In this document: positions 9,048-19,194 of the stretch, piece by piece
Layout: each line of letters starts with the position of its first letter
How positions within the stretch are numbered: position 1 is the first letter of the stretch
Origin: a virus
Taxonomy: Duplodnaviria > Caudoviricetes
Virus record (IMG/VR): IMGVR_UViG_3300032280_000442
Coordinates: 160,001-224,000 of that record
Length of the DNA stretch: 64,000 nucleotides
Direction: 5' to 3' (one strand)
Made by a program: the position numbers and the translations under genes
Notes under the pieces: model-generated
Told to the model about the DNA's origin: nothing
Seen by the model: the letters and a program-made list of their open reading frames with translations, nothing else
Database searches by the model: none

Positions 9048-11462
9048 TTAAGAACCACATCCGAAACATTCAAATTCCGTATCTGTTGGTTTTAAAGTTA
9101 GTTCAACTGTTGGTTTCTCAATTTGTTTTGGTTGACCTACTTTTGAAATGTCCACCGCCAAGTGTTTAGCTCCGGTTGATATCGCTTTTGTTCTAACATA
9201 ATAACAAAGAGTTTTTAATCCTTTACCCCAAGAATGGAAGTGTGATGATGAAATCTTTGATAATGTTGGGTTTGACATATAGATATTCATTGATTGTGAT
9301 TGGTCAATGAATGGTGCTCTGTCAGCCGCCATATCAATAAGCTCTCTTTGAGATATTTCCCAAATTGTTTTGTATTTTGGAATTAAATGTTCAATCCTTT
9401 TAACTTTCTTGTTATAATTTTTATCTTCTTGGTCAAGATAATTATTAAAGTTAATATTTTGAATTGACCCTTCATTCATAATGATTTCGTTTTTCAAATC
9501 TTCAGACCAAATACCAATTTTCTCAAAATCGTTAATTAAGTATTTGTTAACAATTAAAATCTCACCACCAACAACACGACGATTAAATAAAGCCGAGTGA
9601 GCCGGTTCTGTCATTTCAAATGAACCTGTGATTTTAGCCGAAGAAGCTACTGGCATCTGAGCCGTGAATAACGAGTTACAAACCCCGTGATTGGATACTT
9701 CTAACTTAAGTGAGTCCCAATCCCACATTCTACCTAACCCTTCGTAATCTAATCCCCACATATCAAATTGGAATATACCTTTTGACATTGGTGAACCTTT
9801 AAAGAATTCGTATGGTTTATATTCGCCTGATTTACATAACTCCATACTCTCAGTGATTGCTGCAAAATAGATGGTTTCAAAGATTTCTTTGTTTAATTGT
9901 TTTGCCTCTTCAGATGTGAATATGTAATCCATTAAGAAAAACACGTCGGCAAGACCTTGAGTTCCAATAGCAATCGCTCTTTGTTCTAACCCACCTTTTC
10001 TACCTTGTTCAGTTGAATAACTATTAATGTCAACAACTTTGTTAAGTGCTCTAACAACCTTTCTAACTTCACTATAAAGTAATTTGAAATCAAACTCTCC
10101 TTTAACAATAAAGTTCTTCAATACCATAGATGATAATGTACAGATTGCGGTAGTATTCTCATCAGTATATTGGTAAATCTCATTACATAAGTTAGATTGT
10201 TTAATCACCCCAATATTTTGATGGTTAGTTTTTCTGTTAGCACTATCTTTAGAACATAAGTAAGGAACTCCGGTTTCAACCTGAGATTCAATAATCTTAT
10301 TCCAAATTGTTTGTGCTTTTACTTTTTTACCAAGACCAAGTTCAACCGCTTTATTATAGTTTGATTCATACTCATCACCATAAGTTTCCTGCAATGGTTT
10401 GATACCCGCTTTTTTAATATCGTTAGGACAGAACAAATACCAATCCGCATTGTCCTTAACCGCATTCATAAAGTTGTCCGGTAACCATATTGAGGTAAAT
10501 AAATCTTTTGCTCTTAATTCTTCAGCCCCCGTATTCTTTTTGATTTCAAGTAAATCAATAATATCTTTGTGCCAAGGTTCAATGTATATAGCAGCACTAC
10601 CCGGTCTTCTACCTTGTTGATTAAAGAATCTTAACCCTTCGTTAACAATCTTTAGGTATTTTAATAAACCACCGGCAAATCCACCTGATGAGTTAATACG
10701 ACTCTCTTTACTACGAATGTTTGACATACATAATCCAATACCCGCAGCATCTGACGAATATGTTGAAATATCGTTGAATGTTTGTAATAACCCTTCTCTT
10801 GAATCTCCGTGATTGTATTTCAATACACAAGACGCTAGTTGAGGAGTTCTAGTCCCCGCATTAATCATAATTGGTGTTGCAGGAGATATAACTTGATTTG
10901 ATAATGATTGATAATACTCAACCGCTTGTTCAAATGATTTAGTAACCCATAAAGCAACTCTCATATACATATGTTGAGGTCTTTCAATTACTCTACCTTC
11001 AGGATTTTTTAACAAATACATTTCTTGTAATGATTTCCACGCAAAATAATCAAAATTGTAATCATTCTCGTGATTTATTACAGAATCAATATTTTCCGTA
11101 CCATATAGTTCAATAGTCTCCATTAACTTATCGTTAATGATACCATCAACGTGTAAGGTGTGCATTGTGTTACAAAAACTATCATCAGTTTCTTTGTGGT
11201 ATGCAGAAATAGCCACAGAAGACGCCAATCTTGAATAATCGTGGTGACTTCCGGTATATGCTGCAGCAATCTCGTAAACCAATTTATCCAACTCTTTGGT
11301 TGTAATAACACCCTCTGTTGGAACCGAAGTAATCACCTTAATGAATACCTCGTCAGCATTTACATTTAATCCTCTTGCCGCTCGTTTAACTCTATTATAA
11401 ATTTTTTGGGGGTTGAACGAAACTTCGTCCCCCCCTCTTTTTCTTATCTTTAGTGACATCAT
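9048..11462 (-). CDS. nrdA: Ribonucleotide reductase class Ia alpha subunit
   Basis: N-terminal ATP cone, SPATP, QLASC, SNLCNEI, PVASS, CYYVR and C-terminal CFGC; no intein. Confidence 0.97.
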   Translation of the reverse strand: MMSLKIRKRGGDEVSFNPQKIYNRVKRAARGLNVNADEVFIKVITSVPTEGVITTKELDKLVYEIAAAYTGSHHDYSRLASSVAISAYHKETDDSFCNTMHTLHVDGIINDKLMETIELYGTENIDSVINHENDYNFDYFAWKSLQEMYLLKNPEGRVIERPQHMYMRVALWVTKSFEQAVEYYQSLSNQVISPATPIMINAGTRTPQLASCVLKYNHGDSREGLLQTFNDISTYSSDAAGIGLCMSNIRSKESRINSSGGFAGGLLKYLKIVNEGLRFFNQQGRRPGSAAIYIEPWHKDIIDLLEIKKNTGAEELRAKDLFTSIWLPDNFMNAVKDNADWYLFCPNDIKKAGIKPLQETYGDEYESNYNKAVELGLGKKVKAQTIWNKIIESQVETGVPYLCSKDSANRKTNHQNIGVIKQSNLCNEIYQYTDENTTAICTLSSMVLKNFIVKGEFDFKLLYSEVRKVVRALNKVVDINSYSTEQGRKGGLEQRAIAIGTQGLADVFFLMDYIFTSEEAKQLNKEIFETIYFAAITESMELCKSGEYKPYEFFKGSPMSKGIFQFDMWGLDYEGLGRMWDWDSLKLEVSNHGVCNSLFTAQMPVASSAKITGSFEMTEPAHSALFNRRVVGGEILIVNKYLINDFEKIGIWSEDLKNEIIMNEGSIQNINFNNYLDQEDKNYNKKVKRIEHLIPKYKTIWEISQRELIDMAADRAPFIDQSQSMNIYMSNPTLSKISSSHFHSWGKGLKTLCYYVRTKAISTGAKHLAVDISKVGQPKQIEKPTVELTLKPTDTEFECFGCGS

Positions 11463-11463
11463 A

Positions 11464-12417
11464 TTAAAAATCGTCTGTAAATGTTAATGACTCACCTAAC
11501 TTAGCCTTTTGATACTCCATTGTTCTTGATTCAAAGAAGTTACCTTTTGTTTCAACAGCAATCTGTTCCATAAATTTAAATGGTTGTTCCACATTAAAGT
11601 GTTTTTTACAACCAAATTTAACTAATAAACCATCAGTAACAAATTCAAGGTATTGTTTCATTAAATTTGAGTTCATACCAATTAAAGACACTGGTAATGA
11701 TTCTGTTATAAATTCTTTTTCAATCTCTAACGCAGATAGTAAAATTTCTTTAATTCTTTTTTCTGTTGGTTTGTTCTCAACGTGATTATTAATCAAATGA
11801 ATTGCAAAATCACAATGTAAATTCTCATCTTTAAAGATTAATGAGTTAGCATTACATAATCCTTGCATAATACCTCTTGATTTCATCCAAAAGATAGAAC
11901 AGAACGAACCTGAGAAGAAGATACCTTCAACCGCAGCGAACGCCACTAATCTTTCTTGGAAAGAAGCGTTCTCAATCCAATCAAGAGCCCATTTAGCTTT
12001 CTTTTGAACTGCCGGTAATCTATCAATTGCGTGGAAACATTCATCTTTCTCTTTATCATCAGACACATAAGTATCAATCAACAATGAATACATTAACGAG
12101 TGAATGTTCTCCATCATAATTTGGAATCCGTAAAAGAACTTTGCTTCAGCATATTGAACCTCTTTTAAGAAATTCTCAGCCAAGTTTTCATTTACAATAC
12201 CATCAGATGCCGCAAAAAACGCTAATATATTTTTAAGGAAATATCTTTCATTATCAGATAGGTTTTCCCAATCTCTAATATCGTTAGATAAATCTACTTC
12301 TTCTGCCGTCCAAAAAGCCGCTTGATGTTGTTTGTAAAATTCCCATATATCATTATGTTCGATTGGGAAAATAACGAATCTGTCGTTATTCGGTTGTAAT
12401 ATTTTTTCTTCTTTCAT
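11464..12417 (-). CDS. nrdB: Ribonucleotide reductase class Ia beta subunit
   Basis: [40 protein letters not shown] and DENLH diiron motifs. Confidence 0.97.
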   Translation of the reverse strand: MKEEKILQPNNDRFVIFPIEHNDIWEFYKQHQAAFWTAEEVDLSNDIRDWENLSDNERYFLKNILAFFAASDGIVNENLAENFLKEVQYAEAKFFYGFQIMMENIHSLMYSLLIDTYVSDDKEKDECFHAIDRLPAVQKKAKWALDWIENASFQERLVAFAAVEGIFFSGSFCSIFWMKSRGIMQGLCNANSLIFKDENLHCDFAIHLINNHVENKPTEKRIKEILLSALEIEKEFITESLPVSLIGMNSNLMKQYLEFVTDGLLVKFGCKKHFNVEQPFKFMEQIAVETKGNFFESRTMEYQKAKLGESLTFTDDF

Positions 12418-12418
12418 A

Positions 12419-13804
12419 TTAATTGTTTTGTGTTTGTTCTTTTTGTTTTCTCTTGTCTAACAAGTCTTTTATTCTTTGTCTATTTCTTTCCTCAGTTTGT
12501 TCTTCTAATCCTAAGAACGTTACCGAACTTTCTGTATCAATCTCTAACATACCATTATCAAATTTACAATTCTCAAATACAACACCATCATCACCAATAC
12601 GTGATTTAGTAATTGCAATCGTTGCTAGTTTCATTTCTTTTTGTTGTAGAGATTTAGCCACGGAAATGATTACGTGCCCAACCTGTGCTTTTTTGATAGA
12701 ACCACCCATTTGGTCAGTTGTTACAACATCAGAAGATATTGAACTTCTATTACCTTGAGTTGCAGTCCATCCAACTAAATTAAGTTCGTGACACATAGCC
12801 TCAAATGCTCTCATAACAGACCCTTCAGATTTCCATTCATCCCCCAAGTTTTTATCAGGAACCACACAATCAATGTAGTCCAATAATACCATATCAATTT
12901 TGTTTCCTTCAGAAATCATTTTTCTAATTTGATTCTTAATTTGCATCATTGTTACAGTATCAGATGGAAGTTTTTTAAGTATAAGTTCGTTAGTCATTTT
13001 TTCCTTAACTTCTTTTACTTTATCCATAACTTCATCTTTTCTAATAGACAATTCATCCGGATGGATTTTTGTCCATAAAGTAATGTGTTTACGTTGAATA
13101 ATCTTTGGGTTATCCTCAAAGAAAATTTGTAAAACATTGTATCCCAAATTAAACGCGTGATTTGAGATTTTTGTTAGTAAAGTTGATTTACCAACACCTG
13201 TTGGTGCTAATACTACACCGATTTCACCTTTTGCAAGACCACCTTTTAAGAGTCTATCTATCCCCGGAATACCCATTGGTATTGGATGACGATAATCCTC
13301 GTTTAAAACATCATCTAAGTTACTGAAAACACTCTCAGTTCCCTTATCGTGTTCCCCTACTTGAAGAGCTTTACTCACCATCTCTTCTAATGTGTCATAA
13401 CTCTCAAATTCACCCGTGTCGATGATTTTTTGAGCTTTAACCATTACTTTCTGTAACTCCTGTTGTTTACAGAACTTCATCGATTTTTCTTGTACAAATT
13501 CAGCCCCTTCAAGTGTAGACTCCTTAACTTTTGTAAGGGTATCAATAATGATTTTTGCCGCTAAGGGTTGTTGTATCTCAGATTTTGTAATTTGTTCTAA
13601 GGTGTCAAAGGTTGGTGTGTGTTCGTATTTTGTATAATACTCTTTAATCATTTGAATGATTAATTTGAAGTATTTATTCTCAAAATAACTTGTTTCAATC
13701 ACATCTATAATAGACCTTGAGAAATCTTTGTCGATAATGATTTGGTTTAATAATTGTATCTGAAAGGTACTACCTAGATACTCGAAATTTTTGTTTGACG
13801 CCAT
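12419..13804 (-). CDS. dnaB: Replicative DNA helicase (DnaB / T4 gp41-like)
   Basis: Walker [15 protein letters not shown] and WTATQGNR motifs. Confidence 0.93.
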   Translation of the reverse strand: MASNKNFEYLGSTFQIQLLNQIIIDKDFSRSIIDVIETSYFENKYFKLIIQMIKEYYTKYEHTPTFDTLEQITKSEIQQPLAAKIIIDTLTKVKESTLEGAEFVQEKSMKFCKQQELQKVMVKAQKIIDTGEFESYDTLEEMVSKALQVGEHDKGTESVFSNLDDVLNEDYRHPIPMGIPGIDRLLKGGLAKGEIGVVLAPTGVGKSTLLTKISNHAFNLGYNVLQIFFEDNPKIIQRKHITLWTKIHPDELSIRKDEVMDKVKEVKEKMTNELILKKLPSDTVTMMQIKNQIRKMISEGNKIDMVLLDYIDCVVPDKNLGDEWKSEGSVMRAFEAMCHELNLVGWTATQGNRSSISSDVVTTDQMGGSIKKAQVGHVIISVAKSLQQKEMKLATIAITKSRIGDDGVVFENCKFDNGMLEIDTESSVTFLGLEEQTEERNRQRIKDLLDKRKQKEQTQNN

Positions 13805-13834
13805 ATATTTTTTCTTTTAGTGTAATAATAAATA

Positions 13835-14287
13835 CTACACACTTAGGGTAACATCTAGATATTTTTTTGTTAAATTTTTAGATGAAAAGATGTCAGTCAA
13901 CTCCATCAATAAGTTTTTTAGGTGTGGGCGTACATCCACAGTATATCTTATCTTTGGAGGGTATACTTTAGCATCCACCTGTCTATGACAAATTGTCATA
14001 TCATTTTGTTTAATAAAGATGTTAAAGTACTCAGGACCATCCGTATAAGACGTTTCCAAAATAGCCGGATTGTTAATAATTTCGTACATATTGTCCGTCA
14101 TATACGTCACGGTTTTCAATGATAATTGTGTGTGAATATCGTCTCTAAATTCACGAAGTAATTCATAAAGTTCTAATGAGTTTTTTGCCTCACTGTTAAA
14201 CTCTCTCACGTTAAAAAATCTCTGTACAATGATGTTATCATTTACCATCATTAAGAATTCTAATTTTACCGATTCTTGGTCTTTCAT
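13835..14287 (-). CDS. Hypothetical protein
   Basis: 150-aa ORF tightly packed in the replication operon. Confidence 0.75.
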   Translation of the reverse strand: MKDQESVKLEFLMMVNDNIIVQRFFNVREFNSEAKNSLELYELLREFRDDIHTQLSLKTVTYMTDNMYEIINNPAILETSYTDGPEYFNIFIKQNDMTICHRQVDAKVYPPKIRYTVDVRPHLKNLLMELTDIFSSKNLTKKYLDVTLSV

Positions 14288-14295
14288 AGTTTTAA

Positions 14296-15300
14296 TTAAT
14301 TGTTGTTATAATTTCTTTTTTCTTTTCTTGTTAGTTTCATAAAGGGTCTAACAAAATTTACCCACGCATCATCCCCCTTTGGTAGATATTTAAAAAAACC
14401 GTCTTCCATCATCATCTTTATAAGATTCCTATGACCCCTTCCATCAGGGTCTAAAGTTTCTCTATAATATAACTCTACAAGTTCTTTAGCATCATCAGTA
14501 ATTAACGGATTTGATAGATTTATTATTTTCTCATTAATAGTGAAAAATTCCTCCCCATATATACCGGTTTTTGTTTTACCCGATAATAAGTTTTGTAGTG
14601 TTTTATTGTTTTTGTTCTCCTTTAGTAAGTTTTCAGTTTTTTCTAAAATATCGGTAATTGAAACCGGTTTTTCAAGTAGTTCAGGAAAAAACTTGATGAG
14701 AGTTTTTTCACCTAACCCTGAAATACCATCGATGTTATCAGATTTATCTCCCGATAAAATTTTATAAGTTTTAATATTTTGATGAGGAAATTCGTAAATT
14801 TCACATTTGATTTTACTACCAAGAGTATACGTCTCTTTAGTTCTTGGATAATAAACCGATACCTTATCTGATATAAGTTGTGTAAGGTCTTTATCCCCCG
14901 AATAGATGGTTTTTTGTTCGTTCTCAGAGATTTGGCAATAATAAGAAATCAAATCATCCGCTTCATTATTATCTACGTTGATTTGTCTTATATAACAATC
15001 CTCCAAGTATTGTTTGATTCTCTCTTTCTGCTCAGTGAAAGAATCTAACTTATACTCGTTGTCTCTGTCTCTACGTTGTTCTTTATATTGGGGATAAATA
15101 AGTTTGCGAGCTGAAGAGTTATCATCACCATCCCACATAACAACAACTTTATCAAAGTTTTGTTCATCTATCAAACGTCTAATTGTATTGATAAAATGCC
15201 ATAACCCACCTATGTGTTTTGTTCCGTTAAAAAAATCTTTAACTCCGCAAATACCAACCTTTAATAGGTAATTTCCGTCGACCAAAAGTGTTTTAGTCAT
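14296..15300 (-). CDS. 5'-3' exonuclease / flap endonuclease (T4 RNase H, PolI N-terminal-like)
   Basis: LLVDGN, YPQYK, EADDLI, SGDKDL and GDKSDNIDGISGLGEKT motifs. Confidence 0.93.
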   Translation of the reverse strand: MTKTLLVDGNYLLKVGICGVKDFFNGTKHIGGLWHFINTIRRLIDEQNFDKVVVMWDGDDNSSARKLIYPQYKEQRRDRDNEYKLDSFTEQKERIKQYLEDCYIRQINVDNNEADDLISYYCQISENEQKTIYSGDKDLTQLISDKVSVYYPRTKETYTLGSKIKCEIYEFPHQNIKTYKILSGDKSDNIDGISGLGEKTLIKFFPELLEKPVSITDILEKTENLLKENKNNKTLQNLLSGKTKTGIYGEEFFTINEKIINLSNPLITDDAKELVELYYRETLDPDGRGHRNLIKMMMEDGFFKYLPKGDDAWVNFVRPFMKLTRKEKRNYNNN

Positions 15301-15321
15301 TTGTTTTGTTTGTATTCGTTA

Positions 15322-16050
15322 CTATAAAATTTTGTTACTTTTTTTCAAATTATCTTCCGCCCATAATGGTTGGAGATTTTCATAATGACACAACTTATAA
15401 AGTTCGTCTTCTGTTTTCGCCGATGATAATGGAATGATGTGGTCAATATGCCACTCACTCCTGTTATCCCAACTCATACCATCAGTAAATTGGGTTTCTA
15501 AATGTTCTTTTAAAAATTGGGGAGAACACCCTACGATTTCGAAGGTTTTGTTTTTTTTGGTTATGTTTCGGGTTTTAAGAAACGATAAAAGTCTAGACCT
15601 CATTACACATTTTAATCTAAAAATAACATCATTTTTTAATCTTAAAGAATGATAAAGATTTCTTTTTACTTTAATTTTTTCCTTATTTTTTTCTGACCAT
15701 TCTTTTTTATAAGTTAAAATATTTTCTTTATTCTTCTCATAATATATTTTATACCTGTTTGGGTCTTTTTGATATCTTTTTTTTGACCTATCATTATCTT
15801 TTATCCTAATAACATCAATATTTTCTTCTCGGTAATTTTTAACTTTTAATAATATTTTTTCCCGGTTATCAACATATTCTTTTCTTTTTTGGTCTTTTAT
15901 TTTTTCATCGTTATTATCCCTATATTTTTTCCAAACAAGATAAGAACATTGTTTACATTCAGTTCTAAACCCATCTTTAGAATCTTTTCTTTTTCTAAAA
16001 TTAGACAATTCTTTTTCAATATTACACTTACCACAAACTTTAGTTTCCAT
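15322..16050 (-). CDS. Free-standing HNH endonuclease with N-terminal Cys4 zinc finger (copy 1)
   Basis: CGKC...CKQC; C-terminal WHIDHIIPLSS...HYENLQPLWAEDNLKK. Confidence 0.85.
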   Translation of the reverse strand: METKVCGKCNIEKELSNFRKRKDSKDGFRTECKQCSYLVWKKYRDNNDEKIKDQKRKEYVDNREKILLKVKNYREENIDVIRIKDNDRSKKRYQKDPNRYKIYYEKNKENILTYKKEWSEKNKEKIKVKRNLYHSLRLKNDVIFRLKCVMRSRLLSFLKTRNITKKNKTFEIVGCSPQFLKEHLETQFTDGMSWDNRSEWHIDHIIPLSSAKTEDELYKLCHYENLQPLWAEDNLKKSNKIL

Positions 16051-16192
16051 TTTTAATATATTCTTTTAATAATTTATTAACAAGGGAAGATAAGTTTATA
16101 GATTTATCCTTAAAGTATTGAGGTAATTGGGGGTCAATCGCAACCGAAACCTTTACCTTTTTTTTATCTTCATCAATTTTATGTCTTCCCAT
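16040..16192 (-). CDS. Small ribbon-helix-helix (CopG/Arc-like) protein, 50 aa
   Basis: Not in the ORF track. MGRHKIDEDKKKVKVSVAIDPQLPQYFKDKSINLSSLVNKLLKEYIKNGN: alternating beta strand then two helices. Overlaps the HNH start by 11 nt; TATTTAT motif at 16198-16204. Confidence 0.75.
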   Translation of the reverse strand: MGRHKIDEDKKKVKVSVAIDPQLPQYFKDKSINLSSLVNKLLKEYIKNGN

Positions 16193-16244
16193 ATTATATA
16201 AATATCTTAAAAATACTTAAAAGTAGTAATAGTATCAATTTTTT

Positions 16245-17231
16245 TTAACTAAAATCTTCTTCTTCAGTTTCACCCAAAATAATCTCACCTGTTCCACTAA
16301 GAATCGCATTCCAATAACCAGAATATTCTTTTTTATATTTATCTAAAGCTTCTTTTGTATCAGATATATAACCGTGAGGAACCGCAATAATCTTACCATC
16401 CTTGTATGCAATCCCATTTACGTGATTTTTCAAAATAGAAATTTTAGTTCGTATAGCATAGGAAATTGTTCTTCCATTTTTTGTTGCCGTTATATGATTT
16501 ACCCCCGCCTTTTTTTGATTACCAAATAGAAATACTAATGAAGACGCTAAATATAATGCCTCACCACCTTTGGGTTTAATTTCTGGTTGACCAAAAGGTC
16601 CATCAGGAAGGAGAACCCAAGGCTGATTACAAACAACTAAAGTATTATAATAAGGATAATCTTCTTTTTTAGATTTAGAAATTCTAGAATGAATCCCCAT
16701 ACCTATTTTATCCGCAAGTACTTTAGCGTTAAACATACCCCCACCTTTACCATCAAATGTCATCTGACACGGTATACTTCCAATTGAGTCCCATAGGAAC
16801 AATAAACTATAAGGTATATCTCCCTTTTCTTGAGCATCTAATATATCATTTATAAAATCAGTTGCTTGTTCAATAACATCAAAAGAATCGTTAAATATAA
16901 AATGACCGTCCCATTCCCCATCTTCATTTTGTTCAGCTTGTAATCCTAATTCTACTGCGTGAAACCAGGACCATTTTTTTTCTGTTATAATTAACACCGG
17001 TAAATGTCCTTTTTTTTGAGCATCAACAGCCGCTAATATCATAGCCGTTGTTTTTGAAGCATTACTATGCCCCAAGAACATATTAATACCCCCCATTACA
17101 GGACCTGGTAAACCGCAAGCATCCATAAAAGCTTCACCGCAGTTATAGAAACTCTCAGGTTTGTATTTTGTTTTTGTCGAGAATTTACCTTTTATATCCT
17201 CTAACGAAAATGTTTTCTTTTTAATCGCCAT
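16245..17231 (-). CDS. recA: RecA/UvsX-like recombinase
   Basis: Variant Walker A GHSNASKT, Walker B FLWDSIGS, VCNQ, KPKGGEAL and KNHV motifs. Confidence 0.88.
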   Translation of the reverse strand: MAIKKKTFSLEDIKGKFSTKTKYKPESFYNCGEAFMDACGLPGPVMGGINMFLGHSNASKTTAMILAAVDAQKKGHLPVLIITEKKWSWFHAVELGLQAEQNEDGEWDGHFIFNDSFDVIEQATDFINDILDAQEKGDIPYSLLFLWDSIGSIPCQMTFDGKGGGMFNAKVLADKIGMGIHSRISKSKKEDYPYYNTLVVCNQPWVLLPDGPFGQPEIKPKGGEALYLASSLVFLFGNQKKAGVNHITATKNGRTISYAIRTKISILKNHVNGIAYKDGKIIAVPHGYISDTKEALDKYKKEYSGYWNAILSGTGEIILGETEEEDFS

Positions 17232-17270
17232 ATGTCTAATTAATTTATTTTTTTAGTTTGTTTAGACAAG

Positions 17271-17298
17271 TTGGACACCGAGTAATCTCAGTGCCCAA
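17271..17298 (-). promoter_or_regulatory. RNA stem-loop between ssb and recA
   Basis: mRNA UUGGGCACUGAG-AUUA-CUCGGUGUCCAA forms 12 bp with two G-U pairs, fully paired only on the minus strand. Confidence 0.65.
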
Positions 17299-17322
17299 GT
17301 TATATGTCCAAGTTTTGTTTGA

Positions 17323-18177
17323 CTAAAATGGCATATCATCGTCCTCTTCAGCACCAGCTTGTGGGTCAATCGGAGCAGATGGTTTAGAACCACCAAATGA
17401 CATTTCATCTTCGTCAGAGTTACCATAATCATAACCACCTTTATCTGAGTTCCATTTTGGAGTTTCTCCTCTTGCAATAGCCTCTAAGTATTCAACAGGT
17501 TTTTTAGAATAAACATCTTCCCAAGTTAACTCATCGTTAATCCAAGATTCCGCAATTCCTTTATCTTCGTGAACCGGAGTTGCATCATCATACATAACTG
17601 TCTGAATTACTGTGTAGTAAGCACCTTTTGGAGTTTTCGCTTTAGTTAATTCTAAGATAATATCTCTACCTTTTTCAGGGTCTGCAATATCACCTTTGTT
17701 TCTGTAGATTGGAATAATTTTGTCGTATATTCCCTCATTTTTGTAGTTAGACTTAAATCTCCAAAATTTAACACCGTCTTCTTCATTATCTCTATCGATA
17801 ACTTTAACAATGTAAAATTTACGTGATAAGTAATTTGACGCTAATTTTTTATCAGCCTCTTTACCTGTTGAACGTAATTCTTCGTAAACCTCTGTTAAAG
17901 GTGAACGTTCACTGTCGTTTTTTCCCGGGTCATAAAATTTTTGGAATTTTCCGTCTACTTGAATCTCGTGGTACCAAACTTCTTTAAATGGTGAAGAACC
18001 ATCTTTTGTTGGTAAGATTCTTAATCGTTTTTGTCCTTGAGTTTCCTTATCAGTAAGGATTGCTGCAAAGTATTTTTTCATTCTTTCTTCTTGTGTGAAT
18101 TTTGAGGTAGAAGAAGTACTACCTTGTTTTGCTTTCTCGTATTGAGCCAAAACTGCGTCTAATGAATTTGTCGCCAT
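17323..18177 (-). CDS. ssb: Single-stranded DNA-binding protein (T4 gp32-like)
   Basis: LRILP, FYIVKVIDRD...GVKFWRF, DIADPEKGRDIIL; acidic C-terminus EEDDDMPF. Confidence 0.85.
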   Translation of the reverse strand: MATNSLDAVLAQYEKAKQGSTSSTSKFTQEERMKKYFAAILTDKETQGQKRLRILPTKDGSSPFKEVWYHEIQVDGKFQKFYDPGKNDSERSPLTEVYEELRSTGKEADKKLASNYLSRKFYIVKVIDRDNEEDGVKFWRFKSNYKNEGIYDKIIPIYRNKGDIADPEKGRDIILELTKAKTPKGAYYTVIQTVMYDDATPVHEDKGIAESWINDELTWEDVYSKKPVEYLEAIARGETPKWNSDKGGYDYGNSDEDEMSFGGSKPSAPIDPQAGAEEDDDMPF

Positions 18178-18206
18178 AGTGTTTAAAATATTTAAAGGTT
18201 TATAAA

Positions 18207-18235
18207 AGTATAAGTGTCAGCCGTGTGTTTGTCAA
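18207..18235 (-). promoter_or_regulatory. sigma70-type promoter for the ssb-recA replication operon
   Basis: TTGACA-17 bp-TATACT on the minus strand, just downstream of a terminator. Confidence 0.8.
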
Positions 18236-18246
18236 ATTGTTTTGTG

Positions 18247-18271
18247 AAAAAAAGGGTCCGAAGACCCTTTT
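18247..18271 (-). terminator. Intrinsic terminator with UUCG tetraloop
   Basis: Minus strand AAAAGGGTC-TTCG-GACCC-TTTTTTT. Confidence 0.88.
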
Positions 18272-18273
18272 AA

Positions 18274-18924
18274 TTATCTTACTTGTTGAAACCCTGATAT
18301 ACTATCATCAAAATTTCTAAATGTTTTTTTAATTTCTATTGGTGAATAATCTTCAACCTCATCTTGAGTTAAAATATATTCATTTTTTCCTGATTTTTCC
18401 ATATCTTCTTCTTTGTCATCAAAGAATTGACTTAATTTTTGATTGAATGGACCTGAGTCTAAAGTTCTTAACTCTAATTTTTCTTGAGGAGTTTTTTCTC
18501 TATATTTTTCAATCTTCATTTCTAAATCATTTAATTTAGACATAATACCATCCATTTCACCTAACTTAGATTCTAAGTTATCTAAATGTTGGAATAAGTT
18601 CTCAAAATATTCTTCTTGTTTCTCTTCAACTTTTTTCTGAGATTTTACTAAATCAGTAATATCCATTTCTTCAGTCTTACCTTTGTCATCACCTTCACCA
18701 ACTTTTTCAACATCAGGGTCATTTTCTAAATCAACCGGTTGTGGTCCAGCAGGTGCCGCAGGTGTTGCAGGGGCAACAGGTGCCGGTGCTCCACCAGCAG
18801 GTGGTAAAGCGTTTGGGTCTTCACCCGGAGGTGGTGGTAATGTAGCGTCTTGTTCTACAATATAACTATTAATTGAATTGTATCTAGCAATTTCTTCTAA
18901 AATTCTATTATCTACTTTTTTCAT
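18274..18924 (-). CDS. Hypothetical acidic coiled-coil protein with Pro/Ala linker
   Basis: 216-aa ORF, acidic; possibly a head or scaffold-related protein (inference). Confidence 0.7.
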   Translation of the reverse strand: MKKVDNRILEEIARYNSINSYIVEQDATLPPPPGEDPNALPPAGGAPAPVAPATPAAPAGPQPVDLENDPDVEKVGEGDDKGKTEEMDITDLVKSQKKVEEKQEEYFENLFQHLDNLESKLGEMDGIMSKLNDLEMKIEKYREKTPQEKLELRTLDSGPFNQKLSQFFDDKEEDMEKSGKNEYILTQDEVEDYSPIEIKKTFRNFDDSISGFQQVR

Positions 18925-18925
18925 T

Positions 18926-19150
18926 TTATCCGTTTAATAATTGTTTTACACCAGTTGTTGTTTCAACTTGTATTTTTCTATTTTGACTCATTGTATTGTC
19001 AACTCTTTCAATTAAACCGTCTTTCATTCTAATTGTATAACAATCTCCCGAATCCAAGTCACAAACTTGCTTTGAACCGTTACCCATATCTTTTTCTGTA
19101 GTACGGGTTTTTTTACCTAAGTAATTCTCTAATAATGATTTTGTATCCAT
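18926..19150 (-). CDS. Hypothetical protein
   Basis: 74-aa ORF preceded by the TATTTAT motif (19164-19170). Confidence 0.7.
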   Translation of the reverse strand: MDTKSLLENYLGKKTRTTEKDMGNGSKQVCDLDSGDCYTIRMKDGLIERVDNTMSQNRKIQVETTTGVKQLLNG

Positions 19151-19194
19151 AATCTTTTTATATATAAATATCTGTTAGTTAAGAAAAATTTAAA

